From an uncultured Candidatus Saccharibacteria bacterium (lineage in GTDB: Bacteria > Patescibacteriota > Minisyncoccia > Phycocordibacterales > CSBR16-119): a DNA stretch of 58,843 nucleotides. Positions within the stretch are counted from its first letter, which is position 1; the number at the start of each line of letters is the position of its first letter. The stretch lies in the NCBI GenBank assembly GCA_964557535.1, contig CAZLAD010000001.1, forward strand, positions 124,482 through 183,324, written 5' to 3'. The notes under the pieces were generated by a model. The model was not told the DNA's origin, made no database searches, and worked only from the letters and a program-made list of their open reading frames with translations. The translations under genes were made by a program, and so were the position numbers. This document shows, piece by piece, positions 1 through 9,882 of this stretch.

Positions 1-231
1 AAGGGAAAATTAAAAGTACCTTTTGATGCTGAAACTTTTGGATGGGAAGTGGTTAACAAATTAAATGGATTGATAAAAGAAATTGGCGATAATCTTCTTG
101 AAGAAGCCTATATTTCAAGGATTAACTCGCAAATAAATAAAATTGAAGATGAGTCTGCGTTCAGTGTTTTGATAAACCAACTTAAAGAAAAACTTAAATC
201 ACTTAAGAAACCCAATGAATCAGGGGAGTAG
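1..231 (+). CDS. hypothetical protein, C-terminal fragment (ORF open to left window edge)
   Basis: Frame 1 has no stop from nt 1 through the listed GTG at 49 to the TAG at 229-231. K/E/L-rich coiled-coil-like tail; no family recognised. Confidence 0.4.
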   Translation, partial: KGKLKVPFDAETFGWEVVNKLNGLIKEIGDNLLEEAYISRINSQINKIEDESAFSVLINQLKEKLKSLKKPNESGE

Positions 232-477
232 AGGAATTCATAAGAGTCACGGGTCGGCTTAAACGCCCGTACGACCTGGATGGGGAGATGGATTGATAGG
301 ATGATCAGCCTGGAATTTTTAATTGATTCATAGGGAAGCCCTCCTTAGAGCCAAGCGTCGTAAAAGATATATTGTGCGACGTGCTTCTATAAGGGAGAAA
401 GCACTTCCCTCGGCAAAATTGATCAAACAATCAAGAAAAATATTTTTAGATATTTCTCTACTTTTCTCCCCCGCGGG

Positions 478-801
478 CTAGCACCCGGACGCCAAAGTTA
501 GTCCCTCCTCTTCTGCTTCATCGACAGTATTAAAATAAACTCGATTTTCGGGTTTTATGCGATTGGCCGATTTACAGCCTATCGGATAGTATTTCGTTCC
601 ACTTTTTGACGCCATGTAACTGAACCTTGATTCATCGACTTTTAGAGCCTCGAGTTTCGGTACGATGATCTCCACATCATCTTTGGCGCGAACTTGTTCG
701 ATAACTGATAGTCTACCTAGCCCAAAAGACGCCGAAGAGGTCAAAATTATGATGGCAATAAGAGCAAGAGATTTTTTGTCGATGTTTCGAAGTCTATTCA
801 T
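478..801 (-). CDS. membrane-anchored small protein with C-terminal Ada-Zn-like (sunset-type) Cys motif
   Basis: N-terminal TM segment (LALIAIIILTSSASF). The C-terminus KYYPIGCKSANRIKPENRVYFNTVDEAEEEGLTLASGC matches the KYH-x-C-x-A-x-I-x3-N-x3-F-x5-A-x3-G...C pattern. Overlaps the upstream gene by 8 nt. Confidence 0.55.
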   Translation of the reverse strand: MNRLRNIDKKSLALIAIIILTSSASFGLGRLSVIEQVRAKDDVEIIVPKLEALKVDESRFSYMASKSGTKYYPIGCKSANRIKPENRVYFNTVDEAEEEGLTLASGC

Positions 802-1579
802 TTATAAAATCTGAACTTATAACATCTTTTAATTCAGTTTCGAGATCAATAGTTATTTCCGGTGCGCCAGCAACCCACGGCGCGACTTGATACGGTTGAA
901 ATATGATGTGTAGCTTCCCTTCTGTTAGATAAAAAGTTTCAAAATTTTTACTTATCGGAGTTGTCCCGTCGTCAGACCAATTACCCAAATTTTCTTTTAG
1001 GTTGGCCCGAAGTTTCGTTCTAGAGATTTCTGAAAGTTTTGAAAGATAGTTTGAACCTGGTTCGAATAAATCTCCAATAGTTAGATTTTCGGTACTTCGA
1101 TTGAAATTTAGGCTTCTCACTACCAATCCACCATGTGCCCCACCCGTATAAGTTGATATATCAAAAACAACAGAAGCTACATTTTCGGTCTCATAAATTT
1201 TGTAAGTTGTGTTGAATTCGTATTTTGCTCCGCTTTGAAAAATAAAATCTTTATCGCTTTGCGACATTTTATCTATGCCAGAATTTTCTCTGAAATTACT
1301 GATTTCTTCGCGTATAACGCGCACGATGTAGTCGCTTTTACCTTTGTCTTTAAATGCGGGATATCGAGCGTTTATCTTCAAATATTCGGTTTCTTCGGAG
1401 ATGGATTTCTCCTCTTCCCCGTCCAAAATAATGTCTGGTTCGGTTGATATCTGTGGTTCAAATACTGATGGTGTTTGATTTGGTTCGGTTTCTGTCGGAC
1501 GGTCTCGTTTCTCCCACAGAAGAAGGTAGCCGATGACACCCAAAAGCACAATAACCAGTATCCATGGTAATTTCCTCAT
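794..1579 (-). CDS. DUF3298/DUF4163-type (RsiV/PdaC C-terminal-like) membrane-anchored protein
   Basis: N-terminal TM segment and the hallmark STYTGGAHGG motif of DUF3298. Confidence 0.7.
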   Translation of the reverse strand: MRKLPWILVIVLLGVIGYLLLWEKRDRPTETEPNQTPSVFEPQISTEPDIILDGEEEKSISEETEYLKINARYPAFKDKGKSDYIVRVIREEISNFRENSGIDKMSQSDKDFIFQSGAKYEFNTTYKIYETENVASVVFDISTYTGGAHGGLVVRSLNFNRSTENLTIGDLFEPGSNYLSKLSEISRTKLRANLKENLGNWSDDGTTPISKNFETFYLTEGKLHIIFQPYQVAPWVAGAPEITIDLETELKDVISSDFINE

Positions 1580-1618
1580 GCGTCAATTCTAGCATATTGC
1601 AGACGGCCGAGAAGGCTG

Positions 1619-1647
1619 TTGCATTTTCTCCCGGAATATCCTATAAT
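1619..1647 (+). promoter_or_regulatory. sigma70-type promoter of rpmA (TTGCAT-17 nt-TATAAT)
   Basis: TTGCAT at 1619-1624, exact 17-nt spacer, TATAAT at 1642-1647, 34 nt upstream of the rpmA ATG. Confidence 0.6.
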
Positions 1648-1681
1648 CTGGACTCGTTAAAACGTTTAAAAATATACCAAT

Positions 1682-1963
1682 ATGGCACATAGAAAAGCCG
1701 GCGGAACAGCTAGAAATTTAAGAGATTCTAACCCTAAATACCTAGGGGTAAAGATCGCAGATGGCCAGAAAGCCGAAGCGGGGTCTATTATCGTACGACA
1801 GCGAGGAACTGATTTTATGCCTGGCAAAAATACTGATATGGGCAAAGATCACACTATTCACGCCCTCGTTTCTGGTACAGTCAAACTCGGCCGAACACGC
1901 AAAGTCGGATTCGACAATCGAACAGTTTCCAAAAAAATCGTCCACGTAGTGGCATCAAAATAA
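1682..1963 (+). CDS. rpmA: 50S ribosomal protein L27
   Basis: [24 protein letters not shown]... is the canonical L27 N-terminus; 93 aa. Confidence 0.97.
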   Translation: MAHRKAGGTARNLRDSNPKYLGVKIADGQKAEAGSIIVRQRGTDFMPGKNTDMGKDHTIHALVSGTVKLGRTRKVGFDNRTVSKKIVHVVASK

Positions 1964-1980
1964 AAACACCCAAAATGCGA

Positions 1981-2002
1981 AGGCCCCGACGAATCGGGGC
2001 CT
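1981..2002. terminator. GC hairpin between convergent rpmA and ORF 2019-2363
   Basis: aggccccg-acgaat-cggggcct, an 8-bp perfect stem. The T-run follows on the minus strand (tcgcattttgggtgttttt). Confidence 0.6.
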
Positions 2003-2018
2003 TTGCCGTGGGGCGTGA

Positions 2019-2363
2019 CTACTTCCTGGTCGGAACGATCACGAGTGTTGAACGCCATATAGAGCCAGTAAAGACGTTACCGACCCATATTCGGTCAATC
2101 CAGATATCGCATTTCCTGGTCTCGAGCATTTTCATGGCGACACCTGACCACAAGGAACCCTTCATCAGATTCTTGCCCACATCTGATTCATCTGAAAGCT
2201 GGATCGTTTTCCAATCCGGATCACAGATCTTTTCCTGTAGCTCTGGAGTGATTCCAGTAATCAGTAGTTGGATAAATGGATGGTATTGTGGGTGCAGGTG
2301 CTCACCCACGTAGCCGATCAAGTAATTGAGACCGGCCACGATCTTTCGTGCTTCTTTGTTCAT
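2019..2363 (-). CDS. hypothetical protein (GC-richer ORFan)
   Basis: 114-aa ORF followed on its own strand by hairpin 1981-2002. The overlapping plus-strand ORF starts inside that hairpin and looks like a shadow ORF. Confidence 0.5.
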   Translation of the reverse strand: MNKEARKIVAGLNYLIGYVGEHLHPQYHPFIQLLITGITPELQEKICDPDWKTIQLSDESDVGKNLMKGSLWSGVAMKMLETRKCDIWIDRIWVGNVFTGSIWRSTLVIVPTRK

Positions 2364-2413
2364 TGGCTAGGTTTTATGTAATTATTAACACAAACCTTCT
2401 AAAGCCGTCAATC

Positions 2414-2848
2414 CTATTCAGCTTCGATATTTACCGTTAGAGTTTTGTCGGTATTTTTAATCGGGATTTCTATCTTCCCTACCACCTTGATCGGACTACG
2501 CAAGTCCAAATCTTTTTCATGTAAATTGAAATTTTGTGCATGTAAGGCGGTGACGATATCTTTGAGTGTGACGGACGAGAAGAGATGTCCTTCGTCGTTG
2601 GCTTTTTTCTTGATAGTCAAAACAAAGCCCTCGAGCTTCCCTACCGCTTCGCGGAATTCAGCACTTCCCTTTTCTATTCCACTAGCTTTTTCGGCAAGCT
2701 TTTTGTTTAGATTTGCCACAGCTGATGGTGTCGCTTCGATTGCAAGTTTTTGTGGAATGAGAAAATTCCTGACGTATCCATCGTTCATCTCTTTGATTTG
2801 GTCTTTTTGACCGACCTTTTTTACATTTTGTAGGAATATGACTTTCAT
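2414..2848 (-). CDS. rplI: 50S ribosomal protein L9
   Basis: [36 protein letters not shown] is the canonical L9 N-domain. Start moved to the ATG at 2848. Confidence 0.95.
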   Translation of the reverse strand: MKVIFLQNVKKVGQKDQIKEMNDGYVRNFLIPQKLAIEATPSAVANLNKKLAEKASGIEKGSAEFREAVGKLEGFVLTIKKKANDEGHLFSSVTLKDIVTALHAQNFNLHEKDLDLRSPIKVVGKIEIPIKNTDKTLTVNIEAE

Positions 2849-2981
2849 CCGGTTAGTGAAAAATGGCATTGCTCTAAAGGAGCTTTATCATCTTTGAATT
2901 AAAATCTATTAAACTCGACATGTTTTGCTTATTGTTACCCCACCAAGAATCCTTTAATGCCATTTTCTACTACCGGATTCA

Positions 2982-4199
2982 TTACATCGATTTTACTGTT
3001 TCGATAGCTTTTTGCAACTGCGTGTCTGTTCGGTCTTTTTTGTATTTTTCTATATCGAGCTCAACTTCAACGTCTGGTTTCAACCCTTGATCAGAGATAG
3101 AAATACCGTTTGGCGTGTACCATTTTGCCACAGTCATTTTAAGTGCGGTGTCGGATTTCATTGGAAGTAGTTCCTGAACAGAACCCTTACCAAAAGTTTC
3201 TGTACCAACGAGTGTTGCCCTTTTGTGTTCCTGCAGAGCACCGGCCATGATTTCTGAAGCCGATGCAGATCCGCCGTTTATCAAAATAACTAAATTATAG
3301 TCTCCATGCATATAGTTTTTTGAACTAACGTAAGTTCTGTTGTAGTTCTCGTCACGGGATTTTTCACTGACAATTGTCGTATCTTCTGGCAAAAACCAAC
3401 TAGTTATATCTATAGCCGAAGCCAAATATCCCCCAGGGTTGTTACGCAAGTCTATGATTAGATTTTTTGTCCCTGAGTTTTTGAATTCTGTTAGGGCTGT
3501 TTCAAATTCGCGACTAGAATTTTTACCAAACTGGAAAAAACGAATCAAGAAGACATCTTCTTTGGTCAAAAACTCTGTTTCTATAACCGGAATTTTTATA
3601 ACATCGCGAGTAATTTCTATGTCTTTACTTTCTTCCAAATCTTTTCTAATAATCGTGATTATTACTTTTGTGCCGGCCTTACCACGTATTTTTTCGACAA
3701 CTTGATCTACGTCGAGACCGGTTACCAACATATCGTCTACTTTTAAAATTACGTCCCCTGATAGAACGCCGGCTTTTTCAGCGGGTGAATCTTTGAGCGG
3801 TGCAATGACAGTTATATTTCCGTCTTTTATACCGACCTCCATGCCTACTCCAGAAAAATGCCCAGACAAATCGATGTTTAGGTTTTCGGTTTCTTTTGGT
3901 GGAAGAAAAGTGGTGTATGGATCACCTAATGATTCTGCAAGGCCCTGAATCGCTCCCCACATCTTTGTCTCTGAGTCTACATTTTCTCCGTCAGGATGTT
4001 TGGCTTTAAGCGTGCGCCAAACTTCCCAAAATTGTTCCATGTCGATGTTTTCTGAGACCAGATCTGCTGGTACATAGGAAGTAGCATTTGCGCCCAGAGT
4101 GTTACCCGAGACGACACCGCTATTTACTCCAGCTAAAAATCCAACCCCGAGCGTTACAACCAAAGCTAAAATTAAAAGGAATGTTTTTCTATTCTTCAT
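2982..4199 (-). CDS. ctpA: S41 family carboxyl-terminal processing peptidase
   Basis: Signal anchor, a PDZ-like segment (GVLSGDVILKVDD), the catalytic region INGGSASASEI and a downstream K. Confidence 0.9.
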   Translation of the reverse strand: MKNRKTFLLILALVVTLGVGFLAGVNSGVVSGNTLGANATSYVPADLVSENIDMEQFWEVWRTLKAKHPDGENVDSETKMWGAIQGLAESLGDPYTTFLPPKETENLNIDLSGHFSGVGMEVGIKDGNITVIAPLKDSPAEKAGVLSGDVILKVDDMLVTGLDVDQVVEKIRGKAGTKVIITIIRKDLEESKDIEITRDVIKIPVIETEFLTKEDVFLIRFFQFGKNSSREFETALTEFKNSGTKNLIIDLRNNPGGYLASAIDITSWFLPEDTTIVSEKSRDENYNRTYVSSKNYMHGDYNLVILINGGSASASEIMAGALQEHKRATLVGTETFGKGSVQELLPMKSDTALKMTVAKWYTPNGISISDQGLKPDVEVELDIEKYKKDRTDTQLQKAIETVKSM

Positions 4200-4215
4200 G
4201 CAAAGATTTTAACAT

Positions 4216-5385
4216 TTATTGTTCATCTGACAAAAAAGCATTTTTGGAATATATATTTCTCGGATCCCAAATAAGCCAGGAGGTCAAGCCGGCGTCATAT
4301 GTCGCCTGTATTTGCGCGCGGACCATGTCGGCGGTGTATGTGGCGCCCAGGTTGAAGTCTTGGAGCCAAGGACGGATTTTGTCTGGATTCTCCCCTATCG
4401 CAACCATTTTGGCTACCGCAGAATCCATGGTTTTCTTTATGACTTCATATGGTTTGTCGGCTGGGTTTGCGTAGCCGTTCCAGCCATCTGGAAAATGAGA
4501 CGGGTAGACCATCGGATAGATGAAATCAACATACGGTGCGGCGCGTTCGAGCACTTGACCGATACCCAAGTCGTCGGAGTTCGTCGTAACCATACCAAAC
4601 AAATCCGCAGAAATAGGAATTGGATTTTCAGATTTACGAAATTCTTGATCGATGTGCTTGAAAAAAGACTCTAGCACCTCGGCCTTGTTTTTGTCCTCGC
4701 TGTACGGAAAATAAATGTCTTTCATGTTACCGTCTGACGGGAAACGGATGTAGTCAAAGTTTATTTCGTCAAAGCCGACATTGTAGGATTCGCGAGCTAA
4801 CGCCACGACATAATTCCAAACTTTTTCTGAACCGGCATCAAACCAACCAATGCCCTTGCGGTCTCGCCACAAAACATTTTTGTCTGTTTCGGTTTTTACC
4901 GCTTCTTCTGGCCATTTCTTGATCAAGTACGGATCTTGGAAAGTTGAAATCCTGCCAATCACATAAACATTTTTTTCGTGTAATTTGGCGATTAGTTCTT
5001 TGATTTCAGGAATTCTGTTTTCTGATGACCCCAAGGACGCGAAGGGCTCGTTTTCAATCAAAAAAGAGATCTTCCCCGTGTCGTCCTTGATGTCAATTAC
5101 AACCGCATTGATTTCGGTTTCATCTATTATCTTGAGAACTCGGTCACGTATAGACGATGTTCCCGCAACCCAGGATGTCATATATACGGCTTTGAGTGCT
5201 TCCGGAGTTTCTACATGCTTCACACGTATTTCGTCATTTTCGGATAATTTTATAACAGCACCATCGACAAAAGAATCTTCGGCTCGAACGTTTTCTATTT
5301 CTACTTCGTGCGGGGCATAAAAATAAATTCCAACAATTACAAAAACAGGAACGAAGATAAACGTAAGATGTTTTTTGTTTGGCAT
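4216..5385 (-). CDS. putative glycoside hydrolase (COG1306/DUF4015-like TIM barrel), membrane anchored
   Basis: LKAVYMTSWVAGT...INAVVIDIKDDTGKISF...GFDEINFDYIRFPSDG pattern typical of that family. Confidence 0.7.
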   Translation of the reverse strand: MPNKKHLTFIFVPVFVIVGIYFYAPHEVEIENVRAEDSFVDGAVIKLSENDEIRVKHVETPEALKAVYMTSWVAGTSSIRDRVLKIIDETEINAVVIDIKDDTGKISFLIENEPFASLGSSENRIPEIKELIAKLHEKNVYVIGRISTFQDPYLIKKWPEEAVKTETDKNVLWRDRKGIGWFDAGSEKVWNYVVALARESYNVGFDEINFDYIRFPSDGNMKDIYFPYSEDKNKAEVLESFFKHIDQEFRKSENPIPISADLFGMVTTNSDDLGIGQVLERAAPYVDFIYPMVYPSHFPDGWNGYANPADKPYEVIKKTMDSAVAKMVAIGENPDKIRPWLQDFNLGATYTADMVRAQIQATYDAGLTSWLIWDPRNIYSKNAFLSDEQ

Positions 5386-5386
5386 T

Positions 5387-5689
5387 TTAAATAGTGAAAT
5401 TATCTTCTGGTGATTCTATTTTTTTACTTACGACATTAAAACCTGTATCAGGAGTAGCGACAGGCTCTCTCTTTGGAGCAGAAGTCGGATGTTCGATGTT
5501 TGGAAGTTTTCTTTTGGCACGAGCTTTTGTCGTCGCTCCCCGTTTTTCAAAATATATTCCGTATGCAAAAATCAAAACAATTAATCCCAAGACAAAGAGT
5601 GCGATTTGTTCCATCAAGTTTGTCACCCCCAGATGAGGGATGATCATAATTAGTATTGCAACAATAAAGAGTGTTTTTTCTCGGCTCAT
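5387..5689 (-). CDS. small membrane protein (2 TM) with basic tail
   Basis: Two hydrophobic helices followed by a K/R-rich segment. Abuts the upstream gene with a 1-nt gap. Confidence 0.6.
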   Translation of the reverse strand: MSREKTLFIVAILIMIIPHLGVTNLMEQIALFVLGLIVLIFAYGIYFEKRGATTKARAKRKLPNIEHPTSAPKREPVATPDTGFNVVSKKIESPEDNFTI

Positions 5690-5811
5690 TTCAGAAGAAT
5701 CGTTATTTTCTAATGTATTTAGTATAACCCCGAAATGAGAAAAACGTGAACCTGTGGAATACTTTACCTTTTCAATAATTTCTGTAATATGATCTTAAAC
5801 ACAATACTGCC

Positions 5812-6090
5812 ATGAACGCACCAGCAGGAATGCGGCCTATGGAGTCTCTCCAGGCCGACATAGACAAGCACCTAGCCAGTACGGCTGAACCAAAGTCGGA
5901 AGAGCGTGAATACAAGTGTAAGAAGTGTGGTGCCGACATACTCTTCACAACTTGTTACGTATCCATCCATATCAAGGGGTTCAGTTGTGCTGGGATGGGC
6001 GAGGTTCAACGTCTGAGCTTGCCGTTTTGCCCAACGTGTGAAGGGCCACCGACCAAAACCAGCACCTGTGCCCATGTGGCCAACTTTTAG
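5812..6090 (+). CDS. hypothetical zinc-ribbon protein (GC-richer ORFan)
   Basis: CKKC...CPTC Cys pairs. Its own intrinsic terminator follows at 6105-6133 on the same strand. Confidence 0.5.
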   Translation: MNAPAGMRPMESLQADIDKHLASTAEPKSEEREYKCKKCGADILFTTCYVSIHIKGFSCAGMGEVQRLSLPFCPTCEGPPTKTSTCAHVANF

Positions 6091-6104
6091 CCCTCTACGT
6101 ATAA

Positions 6105-6133
6105 GTCCCCACAAATGTGGGGCTTCGTTTTTT
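6105..6133 (+). terminator. intrinsic terminator of ORF 5812-6090
   Basis: gtccccac-aaa-tgtggggc stem followed by ttcgtttttt. Confidence 0.6.
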
Positions 6134-6830
6134 AACTGACAATGACGACAAACTCGCCCCGAACCTTATCGGGATTTATTTTGAAATAGTTTAGAACTTC
6201 TGTTGCCGAGCCCGAGATTGTTTCTTCGAAGACTTTCGTCAGTTCGCGAGCGATGACGACCTTTCTGTCTTCTGGCAAATATTTCACGAGCGACTCCAGC
6301 GTCTTCATAATTCTGTGCGGAGATTCGTAAAAAACCGCAGTCTTAAGTATCGAGGTTGAACCTTGATACTTAGCGATTTCTTTGAATAACGTTTCCCTAC
6401 CCTTTTTGTGCGGGAGGAATCCATAGAACGTAAATTGCGGGCTTGGAATTCCGCTGATCGAAAGTGCGGCGGTTAGGGCTGAAGCTCCGGGGACAGCCAC
6501 GATTTTGACTTCGGGAAGCTCACGCTTGATCATCTCGATAAGCATGACACCAGGGTCTGAGATAGTCGGTGTGCCAGCGTCCGATACGATGGCGAGGGAT
6601 TTGCCTTCGCGGAGGAGGTCGAGAATCTTCTCGTGTTTGGAGAGCTTGGACTGGGCATGATAGCTCATGGTGGGCGTCCCTATGTCGTAATGGGCAAAAA
6701 GCTTACCCGTGACCCTAGTATCCTCGCAGAGCACCATATCGACGCTTTTAAGCGTCTCCAGAGCCCGAAAAGTCAGGTCTCCAAGGTTTCCTATAGGTGT
6801 GGCTATAACGTATAAAATGCCGTTTTGCAT
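6132..6830 (-). CDS. rsmI: 16S rRNA (cytidine1402-2'-O)-methyltransferase
   Basis: ILYVIATPIGNLGDLTFRALETLKSVDMVLCEDTR is the canonical RsmI N-terminus. Confidence 0.93.
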   Translation of the reverse strand: MQNGILYVIATPIGNLGDLTFRALETLKSVDMVLCEDTRVTGKLFAHYDIGTPTMSYHAQSKLSKHEKILDLLREGKSLAIVSDAGTPTISDPGVMLIEMIKRELPEVKIVAVPGASALTAALSISGIPSPQFTFYGFLPHKKGRETLFKEIAKYQGSTSILKTAVFYESPHRIMKTLESLVKYLPEDRKVVIARELTKVFEETISGSATEVLNYFKINPDKVRGEFVVIVS

Positions 6831-6844
6831 GGAGATTATAATAC

Positions 6845-6873
6845 TTGACTAAGAGTTAAAAGTCTAGTATAAA
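6845..6873 (+). promoter_or_regulatory. sigma70-type promoter (TTGACT-17 nt-TATAAA)
   Basis: TTGACT 6845-6850, 17-nt spacer, TATAAA 6868-6873, 20 nt upstream of the small ORF at 6894. Confidence 0.55.
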
Positions 6874-6893
6874 ATAAAAAACCCCCAACGATC

Positions 6894-7058
6894 ATGAAAA
6901 CCCAACGTCGCTGGATCTTGTCTATACTTATAGGCGTAATAATAAGGGAATTCTTTATACCGTTAGATCTATCGCTTTTTGGTCACGCATGTGCAGTATT
7001 GCTGACGGTGGCAGTAGTGCTTGGGTCATACTTTGTACTACCCACCAGACGAGGTTGA
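6894..7058 (+). CDS. 54-aa membrane protein (absent from the ORF track, <60 aa)
   Basis: MKTQRRWILSILIGVIIREFFIPLDLSLFGHACAVLLTVAVVLGSYFVLPTRRG. Bracketed by promoter 6845-6873 and terminator 7081-7108. Confidence 0.5.
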   Translation: MKTQRRWILSILIGVIIREFFIPLDLSLFGHACAVLLTVAVVLGSYFVLPTRRG

Positions 7059-7080
7059 GAATAATTACGCCCGTGGAAGG

Positions 7081-7108
7081 GACACCTTCGCGGGTGTTTC
7101 TTTTTTCT
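7081..7108 (+). terminator. intrinsic terminator
   Basis: gacacc-ttcgcg-ggtgtt stem followed by tcttttttctt. Confidence 0.55.
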
Positions 7109-7139
7109 TAAATCCTAAATCTTACTTCTTAAATCTTTC

Positions 7140-7562
7140 TTATCTCCTCCACTTCTTCCCCACGTTGATTCGATTTAATTCTTTTTCCATGAGTGCTTGG
7201 AACTTGGCGCTATCGATATCCGCCATATCATGTTCAGCTTTCGCAATATCGGCTGCGCGTTTGTAGGCTTCTTCAGCTCTCGCAACATCGATTTCATCTG
7301 CCAGCTCTCCCCTTTCTACCAACATGACAATTTCGCTACCCTCTCGAACTTCGAGTACACCACCAGAAACCGCTACACCAAAAAAAGTATTGTCTTTGCG
7401 GAAAGTTACCTCGCCGGTTTTTAGTGGCACAACAATCGGAATGTGTTCTGGAAGTATCGTAAGCTCGCCGTCGATTGTTGGCACGGAAACAGAAGATATT
7501 CCGGAAGAATCCAAAACTATTTTTTCTGGACTTATAATTTTTACATCCAAAACCTTTTCCAT
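7140..7562 (-). CDS. atpC: F-type ATP synthase subunit epsilon
   Basis: 140 aa immediately after atpD. Beta-sandwich plus C-terminal helical-hairpin pattern (ISPEKIVLD...GGVLEV...). Confidence 0.9.
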   Translation of the reverse strand: MEKVLDVKIISPEKIVLDSSGISSVSVPTIDGELTILPEHIPIVVPLKTGEVTFRKDNTFFGVAVSGGVLEVREGSEIVMLVERGELADEIDVARAEEAYKRAADIAKAEHDMADIDSAKFQALMEKELNRINVGKKWRR

Positions 7563-7565
7563 AAA

Positions 7566-8966
<1,401 letters not shown>

Positions 8967-8982
8967 TTAATAATTTTTTGTT

Positions 8983-9879
8983 TTAAACTGTTGCGGCGCC
9001 TCCGACGATTTCTGAAATTTCCTGGGTGATGGCGGCTTGTCGGGCTTGATTATAATAAAGTGTCAGATCGTCGAGAATTGTTTTGGCGTTGTCGCCGGCA
9101 CTTTTCATGGCGAGCATTCTGGCCGAATGTTCCGAGCCGACCGACTCAAGAAATGCGTGATAAATCGCCGCGCCGAGAATCTGAGGGATAATTTCGCGCA
9201 GAACTGTTTCTTTGCTCGGCTCTATCTTGTAAGTTCTGACAAAAGTTCCGCCATTTTCAAATTCAAACGATTCACTGACTAATTCATTTTTATAAATATT
9301 CGGAATGATCGGCAAAAGTTGCATAATGAACGGACGAAAGACCATCGACGATTGTAATTCTGTAAACAAGATTGAAATTTTCCGATAATTTTTGTCTAGA
9401 TACATTTTTGAAATCATGTCTCGCACAACAAGCAGTTCCTCGCTTCGAGTTTTTTCATTGAACTTAATAAAACTCGCAACGACATTTAGCTGGTTTTGTC
9501 GAGAGGCTTTTTCTGCAAATCTGCCTATAGTTATTGTCTCGATTTCTGCTTTAGTTGTTTTTTTATACTGAGCTAGGGCTCTGCCGATGTTTGAATTATA
9601 TGCTCCGGCCAAACCTTTATTCGAAGAGATAACTACGATTAGTTCTTTGCTTGATGTTGTTTCTATTTCTCCGGCAAGCATTGGGTGTCTAACGCCTGGG
9701 ATTTTGGCTAGATTACTGATGAGTTCTAGAGCGTATTTGGCATAAACACGACCACGATAAACATTTTCTGTGGCTTTTTTCATTTTCGAAGCCGAAACCA
9801 TCTCCATGGTTTTGGTGATTTTCTTGATGTTACCAACAGACTTTATTTTTTGTTTTATCGTTTTACTTGAAACCGCCAT
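8983..9879 (-). CDS. atpG: F-type ATP synthase subunit gamma
   Basis: KIKSVGNIKKITKTMEMVSASKMKKA N-terminus and ITQEISEIVGGA C-terminus. Confidence 0.95.
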   Translation of the reverse strand: MAVSSKTIKQKIKSVGNIKKITKTMEMVSASKMKKATENVYRGRVYAKYALELISNLAKIPGVRHPMLAGEIETTSSKELIVVISSNKGLAGAYNSNIGRALAQYKKTTKAEIETITIGRFAEKASRQNQLNVVASFIKFNEKTRSEELLVVRDMISKMYLDKNYRKISILFTELQSSMVFRPFIMQLLPIIPNIYKNELVSESFEFENGGTFVRTYKIEPSKETVLREIIPQILGAAIYHAFLESVGSEHSARMLAMKSAGDNAKTILDDLTLYYNQARQAAITQEISEIVGGAATV

Positions 9880-9882
9880 AAA

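Noticed and set aside
305-346. A perfect AAGGAGG followed 8 nt later by an ATG on the minus strand
   Set aside because: The ORF is only 8 codons (MNQLKIPG). The genome otherwise does not use SD sequences. The motif lies inside a predicted stem and is probably structural or a coincidence.
1975-2313. 112-aa plus-strand ORF overlapping ORF 2019-2363
   Set aside because: Its ATG lies inside the terminator hairpin after rpmA, and the product is S/C/W/I-rich and looks like a shadow ORF. The minus-strand ORF has the hairpin plus T-run on its own 3' side.
5872-6114. 80-aa minus-strand ORF opposite the zinc-ribbon ORF
   Set aside because: The hairpin plus T-run at 6105-6133 is oriented for the plus strand. 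The plus-strand product has paired CxxC motifs, whereas the minus-strand product is low-complexity.
7112-7126. AT-rich word aatcctaaatctta shared with 15764-15778 (12-nt exact match, AAGATTTAGGAT on the minus strand)
   Set aside because: Exact 12-mers between two A/T-rich spacers are expected by chance in ~118 kb of two-strand sequence (hundreds of random pairs expected). There is no extended similarity or structure.
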